A stretch of 49,937 nucleotides of DNA from an uncultured Clostridia bacterium (GTDB taxonomy: Bacteria; Bacillota; Clostridia; Oscillospirales; Ruminococcaceae): positions 1 through 49,937 of the forward strand of contig CAMWNQ010000001.1 in NCBI GenBank assembly GCA_947175655.1. Reading direction: 5' to 3'. The notes under the pieces were generated by a model. The model saw only the letters and a program-made list of their open reading frames with translations, ran no database searches and was not told the origin of the DNA. Of this stretch, positions 29,726 to 41,000 are shown piece after piece (the stretch's first letter is position 1; every line of letters begins with the position of its first letter). The position numbers and the translations under genes were made by a program.

Positions 29726-30982
29726 ATGAATATACTTGATATTATATCAAAAGTCAAGCATAAACAATGCCTTATTAAAGATGAAATCTGTTTTTTCATA
29801 GAAAATTATACAAACGGAAATATTCCAGATTATCAGATGTCATCACTGCTTATGGCGATATGTCTCAACTCCCTGACCGACTGCGAAACATATCATCTGA
29901 CAATGGCTATGCTTGAAAGCGGTAAAACTATTGACCTCTCAGGAATAAACGGCATTACTATTGACAAGCACAGTACAGGAGGTGTAGGAGACAAAACAAG
30001 TTTGATAATTGCACCAGCTTGTGCAGTATGTGGTGTATATGTGCCGAAAATGTCGGGAAGAGGTCTCGGACATACCGGAGGTACTATTGATAAACTCGAA
30101 AGCATTGAGGGCTACAGAACCAGTCTCGAATTTGAAGAATTTATCAGTATTGTTAACAAAACAGGCTTTTCAATAATATCACAGAATGAAAATCTCTGTC
30201 CGGCAGATAAAAAGATATATGATTTGAGAAACGCAACAGGTACTGTTGATAGTATTCCTCTGATAGCTTCAAGTATAATGAGTAAAAAACTCGCTGTATC
30301 TGCTGACTGTATTCTTCTTGATGTAAAATATGGTTCAGGTGCTTTTATGAAAACCAGACAGGAAGCTTTGAAACTTGCTGGATTAATGGAAAGTATCGGA
30401 CAAATGGCAGGTAAAAAATGCAGATGTGATGTAACGGATATGAATTCTCCATTGGGTATGAACGTCGGAAATGCACTTGAAGTCAGGGAAGCTGTTGAAA
30501 TACTTCAGGGAAAGAACAAGGGCAGTCTTTATAATCTCTGTGTACAGCTTACAGCGGATATGCTTGAACTCGCCGGCAAAGGAAATAATAAAGAATGTAC
30601 TGAAATGGCTGAAAATGCAATAGATTCCGGAAAAGCCCTTGAAAAATTCCGTGAAACAATAATGCTTCACGGTGGCAATTACAAAATATGTGATGATGTT
30701 TCACTTCTTCCGTCTGCACAATACAGCTACGAAGTAAAGGCGGAATGTGACGGCATTATATCAGAAATAAACAGTGAGGAAATCGGTATGACTTCCCTGT
30801 TACTTGGTGCGGGAAGAATTACTAAAAATCAGACTCTTGATATGACTGCCGGCATAGTTTTTGATTGCCAGAAATATGACAATGTTCAGAAAGGTGACAG
30901 AATTATGACTCTTTATTCTTCAACAATATCCGACTTCTCCGAAATCTCAAGAAGAGCTTTGAACTCTATAAAAATTATGTGA
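29726..30982 (+). CDS. pdp: pyrimidine-nucleoside (thymidine) phosphorylase
   Basis: PDYQMS, DKHSTGGVGDK, KMSGRGLGHTGGT.DKLESI, SSIMSKK, DVKYGSGAFMK. Confidence 0.95.
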   Translation: MNILDIISKVKHKQCLIKDEICFFIENYTNGNIPDYQMSSLLMAICLNSLTDCETYHLTMAMLESGKTIDLSGINGITIDKHSTGGVGDKTSLIIAPACAVCGVYVPKMSGRGLGHTGGTIDKLESIEGYRTSLEFEEFISIVNKTGFSIISQNENLCPADKKIYDLRNATGTVDSIPLIASSIMSKKLAVSADCILLDVKYGSGAFMKTRQEALKLAGLMESIGQMAGKKCRCDVTDMNSPLGMNVGNALEVREAVEILQGKNKGSLYNLCVQLTADMLELAGKGNNKECTEMAENAIDSGKALEKFRETIMLHGGNYKICDDVSLLPSAQYSYEVKAECDGIISEINSEEIGMTSLLLGAGRITKNQTLDMTAGIVFDCQKYDNVQKGDRIMTLYSSTISDFSEISRRALNSIKIM

Positions 30983-30998
30983 ATTTTTTAGATTTTAC

Positions 30999-31027
30999 TT
31001 GACATTTGTAATATTATGTTATATAAT
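30999..31027 (+). promoter_or_regulatory. sigma-A promoter for zinc-ribbon gene
   Basis: TTGACA (30999-31004), 17 nt, TATAAT (31022-31027). Confidence 0.85.
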
Positions 31028-31039
31028 GTATACAATATA

Positions 31040-31074
31040 AATTAAGAATGCAGAATTATGCATTATGAATTATT
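31040..31074. repeat. 7-bp lattice array in 5' UTR
   Basis: AATTAAG AATGCAG AATTATG CATTATG AATTATT between -10 box and RBS. Confidence 0.88.
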
Positions 31075-31096
31075 ATTATTTCAGGAGGTTTTTTAA

Positions 31097-31624
31097 ATGG
31101 GATTTTTCGATAAAATTAAAGATGTTGCCGGTAATGCTGGTGACGTAATAAGCAAAAGTGCCAGAAATGCATCTGACAGCACTAAAAAAATGGTTGAAAA
31201 AAATAAGCTCAAAAGTCAGATTTCCGGTCTTGAAAGAGATATTGAAAAAAAATACACTGAAATCGGTAAACAGTATTTTAAAATAAATTCTGCTAATCCT
31301 TCACCTGAATTTGCGGAAATGATTGACTTTATAACTGCTTCTCAGGAAAAAATTTCTGAACTCCAGAAGGAAATCGCTTCTATTGATAATAAATATTTAT
31401 GTCCTGTATGCGGTGAAGGCATAGCTGAAAATTCAAAATTCTGTCCTTCCTGCGGTTCAAAGTTTGAAAAGCCTGATGAATCACCTGCACCTGCAAAAAT
31501 TCTCTGTCCTAACTGCAACGCTGAAGTTGAAGCAGATGCAAAATTCTGTACTTCCTGCGGTGCTAATTTCAATAAGGATGACAATGCTGAAAGTTTCTCC
31601 GGCAATGATGTGGAAATTCTATAA
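31097..31624 (+). CDS. double zinc-ribbon domain protein
   Basis: MGFFDKI amphipathic start, coiled coil, CPVCG..KFCPSCG and CPNCN..KFCTSCG. Confidence 0.88.
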   Translation: MGFFDKIKDVAGNAGDVISKSARNASDSTKKMVEKNKLKSQISGLERDIEKKYTEIGKQYFKINSANPSPEFAEMIDFITASQEKISELQKEIASIDNKYLCPVCGEGIAENSKFCPSCGSKFEKPDESPAPAKILCPNCNAEVEADAKFCTSCGANFNKDDNAESFSGNDVEIL

Positions 31625-31701
31625 AATAAGAAAAAGTTTACAGATTATATCACATTATGATTAGACATATTGTTAATGATGATAAAAAAGCAAAAAAGAC
31701 C

Positions 31702-31730
31702 TTGACAAATCTGTTTTTATGATGTAGAAT
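31702..31730 (+). promoter_or_regulatory. sigma-A promoter for glutamine synthetase
   Basis: TTGACA (31702-31707), 17 nt, TAGAAT (31725-31730). Confidence 0.75.
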
Positions 31731-31762
31731 AGTTATATCAAGTCAATATTAAATTAATACTT

Positions 31763-31830
31763 AATTGAAACAAAGGCGTTTCGGTTGTAAAAAATTAAAT
31801 TTACAGTCGAAATGCCTTTTTAAGTTTTTT
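31763..31830 (+). promoter_or_regulatory. leader attenuator: ANTAR-type hairpin overlapping intrinsic terminator
   Basis: GAAAC-AAAGGC-GTTTC hairpin (31767-31782) overlaps 5' arm of 20-bp terminator stem 31772-31791 / 31800-31819 with T-tract. Confidence 0.7.
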
Positions 31831-31854
31831 TAAAGTTTTAAGGAGGATTTTATT

Positions 31855-33951
31855 ATGATAGAAAAAAATCAGTCTGTAGCAGATTACTTTGGCTGTAATG
31901 TATTTAGTGATACTCTTATGAGAGAAAGACTTCCTAAGAATATTTATAAATCAGTTATGAAAACAAAGAAATTCGGTGTTGCTCTTGAACAGTCCGTTGC
32001 TGATGTTGTTGCAAATGCAATGAAGGACTGGGCAGTCGAAAAGGGTGCTACTCATTATACTCACTGGTTTCACCCTATGACTGGCGTTACTGCTGAAAAG
32101 CACGACTCATTTATATCTCCTACTCCTGACGGAAATATCATTCTCGAATTTTCAGGAAAAGAACTCGTAAAGGGTGAACCTGATGCATCTTCATTCCCTT
32201 CAGGCGGTCTGAGAGCTACTTTCGAAGCAAGAGGATATACAGCTTGGGACCCTACTTCAAATGCTTTCATAAAAGATGGCACTCTTTATATTCCTACAGC
32301 TTTCTGTTCATATACAGGAGAAATCCTCGACAAGAAAACTCCTCTTCTTCGTTCAATGGAAGTAGTAAGTGAGCAGGCTCTCAGAATTCTGAAACTTTTT
32401 GGAAATACTACTGCTACAAGAGTTACTACTACTGTAGGTCCTGAACAGGAATACTTCCTTGTTGATAAAAAATACTTCGACCAGAGAGAAGACCTCGTTA
32501 TAACAGGCAGAACTCTTTTCGGTGCAAAGCCTCCAAAGGGTCAGGAACTTGAAGACCACTACTTCGGAAATATCAAGCAGAGAGTTTCTGACTATATGAA
32601 AGACCTTGACAAGGAACTCTGGAAACTCGGAATATTTGCAAAGACAAAACATAATGAAGTTGCTCCTGCTCAGCACGAACTTGCTCCAGTATTCACAACA
32701 TCAAATATAGCTGCTGACCATAACCAGCTTACTATGGAAATTATGAAGAAAACTGCTCTTAAACATGGTCTTGTATGTCTTCTTCACGAAAAGCCTTTCG
32801 CAGGTGTAAACGGTTCAGGTAAACATAATAACTGGTCTATCTCATCAAATGACGGTCAGAACCTTCTCGACCCAGGCGATACTCCTCAGGATAATATGCA
32901 GTTCCTTACTTTCCTTTGTGCTATCATAAAGGCTGTTGACGAATATGCACCACTTCTCAGATTATCAGCTGCATCTGCCGGAAATGACCACAGACTCGGT
33001 GCTAACGAGGCTCCTCCTGCTGTAATCTCAATGTTCATAGGAAGTGAACTTGAAGGCGTTATTGAAGCTCTTGAAAACGGTACAGCTTACAAGTCAAACA
33101 GAAACGAAGAATTTGAAATTGGTGTTGATGCACTTCCTAACTTCCCTAAGGATTCAACAGATAGAAACAGAACTTCTCCTTTTGCATTCACAGGTAATAA
33201 ATTTGAATTCAGAATGCTCGGTTCAGCTGATTCAATTTCCTGTACAAATACTATACTTAATACAATTGTTGCTCAGATTCTTGATGAATTTGCAACCGAG
33301 CTCGAAAAGGCTGATGACTTTGAAAAGGCTTTAAAGGAACTCCTTGTAAAGACTATCAAGAAACATAAGAGAATTATATTTAATGGCAACGGCTATTCTG
33401 ATGAATGGCTTGAAGAGGCTGAAAAAAGAGGTCTTCCGAACCTCACTTCAACCGTTGATGCACTTCCAAAGTATACAGACAAGAAATATGTATCAATGTT
33501 TGAAAAATTCAAGGTTTACTCTGAAAAGGAAATCAAGTCAAGAACTGAAATCCTCCTTGAAAATTACAGCAAGGTTATAAATATTGAAGCTCTTACAATG
33601 CTTGACATCACTAAAAAACAAATTCTTCCTGCTTGCATTGCATACACAAAAACTCTTTGTGATTCTGCAATCTCCAAAAAAACTCTTGGCATTGATGAAT
33701 CAGTAGAAAAGTTAATGGCATCAAAGCTCTCATCTCTTACAGCAGGAATTGTAAATGAAGTAAAGGCTCTCGATGAAAAAGTAATCTCTGCTCAGGATTG
33801 CAAAGAAGGTGAAGAAATGGCAAGATTCTATCACGATGAAGTATTCACTCAGATGCAAACTCTCAGAGCATCAGTTGATGAATGTGAAATGTGCGTACCT
33901 GAAAAAGACTGGCCACTTCCATCATATACAAAACTCCTTTTTACAGTTTGA
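31855..33951 (+). CDS. glnA: glutamine synthetase type III
   Basis: 698 aa; [81 protein letters not shown]. Confidence 0.96.
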   Translation: MIEKNQSVADYFGCNVFSDTLMRERLPKNIYKSVMKTKKFGVALEQSVADVVANAMKDWAVEKGATHYTHWFHPMTGVTAEKHDSFISPTPDGNIILEFSGKELVKGEPDASSFPSGGLRATFEARGYTAWDPTSNAFIKDGTLYIPTAFCSYTGEILDKKTPLLRSMEVVSEQALRILKLFGNTTATRVTTTVGPEQEYFLVDKKYFDQREDLVITGRTLFGAKPPKGQELEDHYFGNIKQRVSDYMKDLDKELWKLGIFAKTKHNEVAPAQHELAPVFTTSNIAADHNQLTMEIMKKTALKHGLVCLLHEKPFAGVNGSGKHNNWSISSNDGQNLLDPGDTPQDNMQFLTFLCAIIKAVDEYAPLLRLSAASAGNDHRLGANEAPPAVISMFIGSELEGVIEALENGTAYKSNRNEEFEIGVDALPNFPKDSTDRNRTSPFAFTGNKFEFRMLGSADSISCTNTILNTIVAQILDEFATELEKADDFEKALKELLVKTIKKHKRIIFNGNGYSDEWLEEAEKRGLPNLTSTVDALPKYTDKKYVSMFEKFKVYSEKEIKSRTEILLENYSKVINIEALTMLDITKKQILPACIAYTKTLCDSAISKKTLGIDESVEKLMASKLSSLTAGIVNEVKALDEKVISAQDCKEGEEMARFYHDEVFTQMQTLRASVDECEMCVPEKDWPLPSYTKLLFTV

Positions 33952-33984
33952 TAAATAAGCTTTCCTCATAATTATCCCCATATA

Positions 33985-34022
33985 AGACCACTGCTGTACT
34001 CGTTTACAGCGGTGGTTTTTTT
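33985..34022 (+). terminator. intrinsic terminator after glnA
   Basis: agaccactgctgta-ctcgtt-tacagcggtggttt + T-tract. Confidence 0.88.
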
Positions 34023-34024
34023 AT

Positions 34025-34052
34025 AATTCATAATTCTTAATTATGAATTAGT
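34025..34052. repeat. 7-bp lattice array
   Basis: AATTCAT AATTCTT AATTATG AATTAGT. Confidence 0.88.
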
Positions 34053-34097
34053 CCCACCCCTCCGTCACTTTGTGACATCTCCCCTGAAATAGGAGGC
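34053..34097. repeat. GC-rich REP-like double-hairpin remnant
   Basis: cccctccGTCACtttGTGACatCTCCcctgaaataGGAGgc; GC island in AT-rich spacer. Confidence 0.45.
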
Positions 34098-34110
34098 AAA
34101 AAAATGACAG

Positions 34111-34148
34111 TATAAAAATAACTCCTCATTTCCTGTGAAATGAGGAGC
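34111..34148 (-). terminator. intrinsic terminator after pyrG/methyltransferase genes
   Basis: ctcctcatttc-ctgt-gaaatgaggag 11-bp stem; T-rich tail on minus strand. Confidence 0.8.
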
Positions 34149-34153
34149 TTTTA

Positions 34154-34825
34154 TTACCATACAAACGGTATCACTTTATACTTTACTTTCTTTTTATATT
34201 CAGCATAGCCATTTAATTCAGTTTCAAGGATTTTTTCTTCATTGCTAATCCTTTTTGCGATAAGAACAGGATAGGCAAGAAAAATTACAGCAGAAAATAC
34301 AGAGCCAAGCACAAACGGCATAGAGAGAAACATAATGAGGGTCACACCGTACATAGGGTGGCGGACAATGCCATATAATCCGGTATCGATTACTTTCTGA
34401 CCTTCCTGCACTTCCACCGTTCGGGATAAATAGGCATTCTCACGTAAAACCTCAGCATAAAGCATGTAGGACAGCAAGAATATAACCGCACCTGTCCAGG
34501 ATACTGAGTCCGGCAGGATAATCCAGCCGTAACGGAAATTGAGTCCTGCCACTCCAAATCCCAGAATAAACATTATTCCACCGAATTTTATAATCAGGCT
34601 TTGTTCTGACTGCTGTTCTCTGACGTTCAGACGTTTTTCCAACAGCTCCGGACTTTTAAACATCATAACAATTCCGACCAGAAACATAGGAACAAACAAT
34701 ATACCCATAAAAAGCCAGGCATTCCAGTAATCCAGTGTTCCGGCAGGTAAAAACAGTAACAGACCTACTATAATCATACCAAATGAAAATTTTAATATTG
34801 CCTGACAAAATAATTTCCTCGTCAT
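34154..34825 (-). CDS. isoprenylcysteine carboxyl methyltransferase family membrane protein
   Basis: multi-TM; EN.YLSRTVEVQEGQKVIDTGLYGIVRHPMY, RI.NEE..L..EL.GY.EY; start placed at MTRKLF (track starts 34894). Confidence 0.88.
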   Translation of the reverse strand: MTRKLFCQAILKFSFGMIIVGLLLFLPAGTLDYWNAWLFMGILFVPMFLVGIVMMFKSPELLEKRLNVREQQSEQSLIIKFGGIMFILGFGVAGLNFRYGWIILPDSVSWTGAVIFLLSYMLYAEVLRENAYLSRTVEVQEGQKVIDTGLYGIVRHPMYGVTLIMFLSMPFVLGSVFSAVIFLAYPVLIAKRISNEEKILETELNGYAEYKKKVKYKVIPFVW

Positions 34826-34868
34826 TTCATTCCCCCTGACTGCACTCTGCCGTTTATAATAGCAATAA

Positions 34869-36539
<1,671 letters not shown>

Positions 36540-36650
36540 CTATTTTACTATTTTTTCAGTCAAAATGCAATAGGAAATCACACTTTTTTTATAAAGAAGA
36601 CTTATTTTAATTTTTAAACAAAAAATATTTTTTAATTTTTCCGATTTCCG

Positions 36651-36679
36651 TTGACTATTTCCGTAGTTTATGATAAAAT
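36651..36679 (+). promoter_or_regulatory. sigma-A promoter
   Basis: TTGACT, 17 nt, TGaTAAAAT. Confidence 0.7.
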
Positions 36680-36740
36680 TATTTTTGATGCATAATATTA
36701 TAATAATTTCCGACAATCTGAAAAGGAGGATTTTTTCTAC

Positions 36741-37124
36741 ATGGCGAAAAATAAAGATTTCAACTATATATGGACTGATAAAAAACGTACAATATTCGGA
36801 CTGCCAATTTCTTTTACCAGATATTTTCTTACAGAAAAAAAACTTATTGTAAGAACCGGATTTCTTAATATCACTGAACTTGAAACTGAACTCTATAAAA
36901 TATGTGACAAAAAACTTACTCTTTCACTCGGACAGCGTATTGTCAACTGCGGTTCAATCACAATATTCAGCAGAGATACTGATACACCTACATTTGTAAT
37001 AAAAAGTGTAAAAAATCCACGAAAAGTCTCCGAACTTCTGGAACAGTATGCCGATGCACAGCGTGACAAGTATGGCACAAGAGGACGTGACCTTCTAAAT
37101 ATCGATGATTCGGATAATGATTAA
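36741..37124 (+). CDS. bacterial PH-domain protein
   Basis: WTDKKR..FGLP.SFT.Y.LT..KL....GF, LGQRI..CGSI pattern; AGGAGG RBS. Confidence 0.8.
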   Translation: MAKNKDFNYIWTDKKRTIFGLPISFTRYFLTEKKLIVRTGFLNITELETELYKICDKKLTLSLGQRIVNCGSITIFSRDTDTPTFVIKSVKNPRKVSELLEQYADAQRDKYGTRGRDLLNIDDSDND

Positions 37125-37148
37125 TAGCAAAGCGAGGTTTTTTTAATA

Positions 37149-38210
37149 ATGCTTACATTTATAACTGAAAAACAATCCTGCTGGGAAAGACTTAAAGCAG
37201 AAAAACGTCCAATTTTTATGTATGGTATGGGTGATGGTGCTTTAAAGATTATGTCAGTATTCAGGGAAAAAAATATCACTCTTTCCGGTATTTTTGCAAG
37301 CGATGAATTTGTAAGGGGTCACTCTTTTCAGGGATACCGTGTACACAGTCTTTCAGAAATAGAAGATTATGTAAGTGACTTTGTAATAGTTCTTGCATTC
37401 GCTGCGGGATATCAGTCACTTGTTGATAAAATTCACGAAATTGCTTCAAAACATCCCCTTTATGTTCCTGATGTTCCTGTTGTCGGAGAAGGACTTTTTA
37501 CTTATGAATACTGCTGTGAAAATGCAGAGGAAATTCAAAAAGTATATGATATGCTCGCTGATGATTTTTCAAGAAAAGTATATGCAAACATAATCAATTT
37601 CAAAATAAGCGGAAAAATTGAATACCTTTCAGCAGTAACTACTCCGAAATCCGAAATATATAAAAAAATAGTAAAACCCGGACTTAATGAACTTTATGTT
37701 GATTTGGGTGCTTATAACGGCGACACTATAGAAGAATTTCTGGATTATACAAGGGGCAGATATTTAGGAATATACGCTCTTGAACCGGACAGAAAAAATT
37801 TCAAGAAATTATGCAAACGCACTAATGATATGAAACACGTATTTGCTTATAACTGTGCGGTGTGGTGCAAGGATACTGAACTTCCTTTTGCAACAAAAGC
37901 CGGAAGACAATCTTCTGTATCTGCAAACGGTGGTACTCTCATAGAAGCCCGTTCAGTAGACAGTATTCTTGGTGGTCAGGCAGCAACTCTTATCAAAATG
38001 GACGTTGAGGGCTCTGAACGTGAAGCGATATGGGGTTCTGCACAGACTATCGCACATTACCGTCCGAAACTTATGGTGTCTCTCTATCACCGCAATGAAG
38101 ATATATTCAAACTTCCATTGCTGATAAAAAGCCTTAATCCTGAGTACCAGCTTTATATAAGACATCAGCTCTATATTCCAGCGTGGGAAACAAATTTATA
38201 TGCCATATAA
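37149..38210 (+). CDS. FkbM family SAM-dependent methyltransferase
   Basis: YVDLGAYNGDT, ALEPD, IKMDVEGSE, LMVSLYH. Confidence 0.92.
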   Translation: MLTFITEKQSCWERLKAEKRPIFMYGMGDGALKIMSVFREKNITLSGIFASDEFVRGHSFQGYRVHSLSEIEDYVSDFVIVLAFAAGYQSLVDKIHEIASKHPLYVPDVPVVGEGLFTYEYCCENAEEIQKVYDMLADDFSRKVYANIINFKISGKIEYLSAVTTPKSEIYKKIVKPGLNELYVDLGAYNGDTIEEFLDYTRGRYLGIYALEPDRKNFKKLCKRTNDMKHVFAYNCAVWCKDTELPFATKAGRQSSVSANGGTLIEARSVDSILGGQAATLIKMDVEGSEREAIWGSAQTIAHYRPKLMVSLYHRNEDIFKLPLLIKSLNPEYQLYIRHQLYIPAWETNLYAI

Positions 38211-38242
38211 AAAAGCCGTGCATAAAAGCACGGTCTTTTTTT
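38210..38242. terminator. bidirectional intrinsic terminator
   Basis: aaaaagccgtgc-ataaaa-gcacggtctttttt between convergent genes. Confidence 0.8.
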
Positions 38243-38244
38243 AT

Positions 38245-38283
38245 AATGCATAATTAAGAATTCATAATTATGAATTATGCATT
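38245..38283. repeat. 7-bp lattice array after pdxK stop
   Basis: AATGCAT AATTAAG AATTCAT AATTATG AATTATG CATT; ends AATGCATAATT / AATTATGCATT are inverted repeats. Confidence 0.92.
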
Positions 38284-38287
38284 GCGA

Positions 38288-39139
38288 TTAAATGTTTTCT
38301 GAAATTTCAGCAAGGTTTTTTATACATTTTTCAAAATATACACCATTCATATAATTTTCCGGTATAGGTAAGGTTGCTTCGATACAGTCAGCAGTAAAAT
38401 TGACTGCTATATCAAGAGACTTCTGCAATGATGCACCCTTAGCTACTGCTCCGGAAAACGCACTTGAAAATACATCACCCGTACCGTGAACATATGCATT
38501 TATATGATTTCTGAATGATGATGCAAAAGTATCAGTGCTTTTCTGATATGCGACAGCACCTTGATGAGTCCCATTTTTCTGTACACCGGTAATAACTGCT
38601 GTATCACATCCTAAATCGGTAAGCTTTACAAGACAGCTTTTTATAAAATCTTCATTGCCATTCTCAGCTTCTGCCTGAGCATATGGAATGTCAAGCATAA
38701 AAGAGGTCTCTGTCATATTCGGAAGAATTATATCTGCTTTTCCGCACAGTTTTTTCATACCGGAAATAAAATCATTCCCAAAACCAGCATATAATACGCC
38801 TTTATCTCCCATTACAGGGTCAACAATTATATAATTTTTTTCGGTTCTGAACATATCAAAGAAATCCGACATAAGCTCTACCTGCTTTACTGAACCCAGA
38901 TAACCTGTATATACAGCATCAAATTCAAGTCCGAGAGATTTCCAGTGTTCAGAAACAGGCATAATATCATCAGTCAAATCCCTGAAAGTATATCCTGTAA
39001 AGCCTCCAGTATGAGTTGAAAGAACTGCCGTCGGTATTACTGACGTTTCTATTCCCATTGCGGAAATAATCGGCAGTGCTACTGTAAGGGAACATTTTCC
39101 GTAGCAGGATATATCCTGAATTGTAACTATTTTTTTCAA
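38288..39139 (-). CDS. pdxK: pyridoxal/pyridoxamine kinase
   Basis: QDISCYGKCSL, PTAVLSTHTG, YTGYLGS, VDPVMGD, PN.TE, GTGDVF; TTG start. Confidence 0.9.
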   Translation of the reverse strand: MKKIVTIQDISCYGKCSLTVALPIISAMGIETSVIPTAVLSTHTGGFTGYTFRDLTDDIMPVSEHWKSLGLEFDAVYTGYLGSVKQVELMSDFFDMFRTEKNYIIVDPVMGDKGVLYAGFGNDFISGMKKLCGKADIILPNMTETSFMLDIPYAQAEAENGNEDFIKSCLVKLTDLGCDTAVITGVQKNGTHQGAVAYQKSTDTFASSFRNHINAYVHGTGDVFSSAFSGAVAKGASLQKSLDIAVNFTADCIEATLPIPENYMNGVYFEKCIKNLAEISENI

Positions 39140-39155
39140 AAATTACACCTCTTAA

Positions 39156-40235
39156 TTATATAAGTTTTCTTTCATCACAGTATTCGCATTCAAGAAGAGT
39201 ATCACCATTGCTTCTGAAACTTTTCGGGAGATACGTTTCAGAATGAGTAATGCAGTGAGGATTGGAACAGCTTATACCCTCATAAACTCTTCCCTTAAGG
39301 ATTTCAGAAGGATTCTGATTTTTGATTATTGTCATAATAAGAGCCATTCTTGCAAATACACCGTTCTTTGCCTGTTTGAAGTATAAAGCTCTAGGGTCTC
39401 TGTCGACTTCATTTGTAATTTCGTCAACTCTCGGCAATGGGTGAAGTACAACAAGGTCATATTTTGCGTGAGTCATCTTTTTTGTATCAAGTATATATGT
39501 ATCTTTCTGGGAGAGATACTCTTCCTCACTTGCGAAACGTTCTTTCTGTATACGTGTCATATAAAGAACATCAAGAGTTCCGATAACTTCATCAAGTGAT
39601 GAAACTTCCTCAAATGTACAGCCGTTAGCAAGTATGATGTCTTTTACATATGACGGAAGTTTGAGTTCAGGAGTCGAGATAAGAACAAATTTATTGTTAT
39701 TGAAACAGCTCATAGCCTTACAGAGTGAATGAACAGTTCTGCCGTAAATCAAGTCACCACAAAGTCCTATTGTAAGATTATCAAGTCTGCCTTTTTCAAC
39801 TTTGAGAGTAACAAGGTCAGTAAGAGTCTGTGTAGGGTGAAGATGACCGCCGTCGCCTGCATTTATTACCGGACAGCCTGCTGTAAGAGCCGCAGCCTTT
39901 GCCGCACCTGAAACAGGGTGTCTTATTACAAGAACATCAGAATAACTGCTTACAATCTTTGTAGTATCTTTGAGGGTCTCACCCTTTGATACTGATGATG
40001 TTGCAGGATTGTCAAATCCTATAATCCTACCGCCAAGTCTAAGCATCGCAGTCTGAAAAGACATCTGAGTTCTTGTTGACGGTTCATAAAAAAGTGTTGC
40101 CATAATCTTTCCATCACATTCGTGTGCATATTTTTCAGGATTTTTTCTTATATCTACTGCAAGGTCGGCAATACCGTTCCACCATTCAACAGGATAATCA
40201 CTTAAATCAATAAGATGCTGATATTCAGAATACAT
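39156..40235 (-). CDS. pyrB: aspartate carbamoyltransferase catalytic subunit with fused PyrI-like zinc domain
   Basis: FYEPSTRT, SKGETL.DT, INAGDG...HPTQ, YMTRIQKER, LHPLPR; C-terminal CSNPHC...CEYC. Confidence 0.95.
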   Translation of the reverse strand: MYSEYQHLIDLSDYPVEWWNGIADLAVDIRKNPEKYAHECDGKIMATLFYEPSTRTQMSFQTAMLRLGGRIIGFDNPATSSVSKGETLKDTTKIVSSYSDVLVIRHPVSGAAKAAALTAGCPVINAGDGGHLHPTQTLTDLVTLKVEKGRLDNLTIGLCGDLIYGRTVHSLCKAMSCFNNNKFVLISTPELKLPSYVKDIILANGCTFEEVSSLDEVIGTLDVLYMTRIQKERFASEEEYLSQKDTYILDTKKMTHAKYDLVVLHPLPRVDEITNEVDRDPRALYFKQAKNGVFARMALIMTIIKNQNPSEILKGRVYEGISCSNPHCITHSETYLPKSFRSNGDTLLECEYCDERKLI

Positions 40236-40288
40236 AATGTAAAACCTCCAGAAAATTTTTTATTTTCCTATTTAATTTTAATTTATAA

Positions 40289-40957
40289 TTACAGTACATT
40301 AGTACCGTTTATAATCATTTCAAATTTAACTCCCAAAAAGATTGATGCTTTTTTACACAACAACATTCTTTGAAGGAATATTTCAAAGTATTCAAGAACA
40401 GAAGATATATTTGTATCTATTTTAAGTTCAAGAATTATTGATGTATGTGCGTCATTGAACTTTACATCCGACATTTCAACGGCATAGTTTACACGATCGT
40501 GTATATCAAAAGTGAGAAAGTCGGAATTTCTTACCCTGCTTCTTCTTACATCGGTCTTATCCGCAATTATAAGAGCTGCGGAAATCGGGTCAAGTGGAAG
40601 ACCCGTTCCCTCGTCGTGATTTCCTATAGCAGAAATTATTGAGCATATTTCACTTGCTGGCATACTCAGATTATCAAGAAGTCTGAATGCCATTACTGCT
40701 CCGCTCTGTGCGTGGTCAGCACGGTTTATGACATTACCTATATCGTGCATCATTCCGGCAATTCTTGCAAGTTCAGCAGTGCGTTCGTCATATCCGAGTT
40801 CAGTAAGAATCATACTTGCAGTCTGTGCAACCTTTTCAACGTGCGGAAAGGAATGTTCAGTATATCCCTGTGCTTTAAGAGCTTTGTCTGCACGTCTTAT
40901 ATACTCCATTATATCAGGATTCTGTTTGATGTATTTATATGTTACAATACTTGCCAT
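40289..40957 (-). CDS. HD-domain phosphohydrolase
   Basis: GYTEH...H, HDIGN, IGNHDE, IIADK; start MASIV after GGAGG (track starts 40981). Confidence 0.9.
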   Translation of the reverse strand: MASIVTYKYIKQNPDIMEYIRRADKALKAQGYTEHSFPHVEKVAQTASMILTELGYDERTAELARIAGMMHDIGNVINRADHAQSGAVMAFRLLDNLSMPASEICSIISAIGNHDEGTGLPLDPISAALIIADKTDVRRSRVRNSDFLTFDIHDRVNYAVEMSDVKFNDAHTSIILELKIDTNISSVLEYFEIFLQRMLLCKKASIFLGVKFEMIINGTNVL

Positions 40958-40979
40958 ATAATAAAACCTCCGATGATAC

Positions 40980-41000
40980 AATTCTTAATTATAAATTAGT
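40980..41000. repeat. 7-bp lattice array containing asnB stop
   Basis: AATTCTT AATTATA AATTAGT. Confidence 0.7.
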
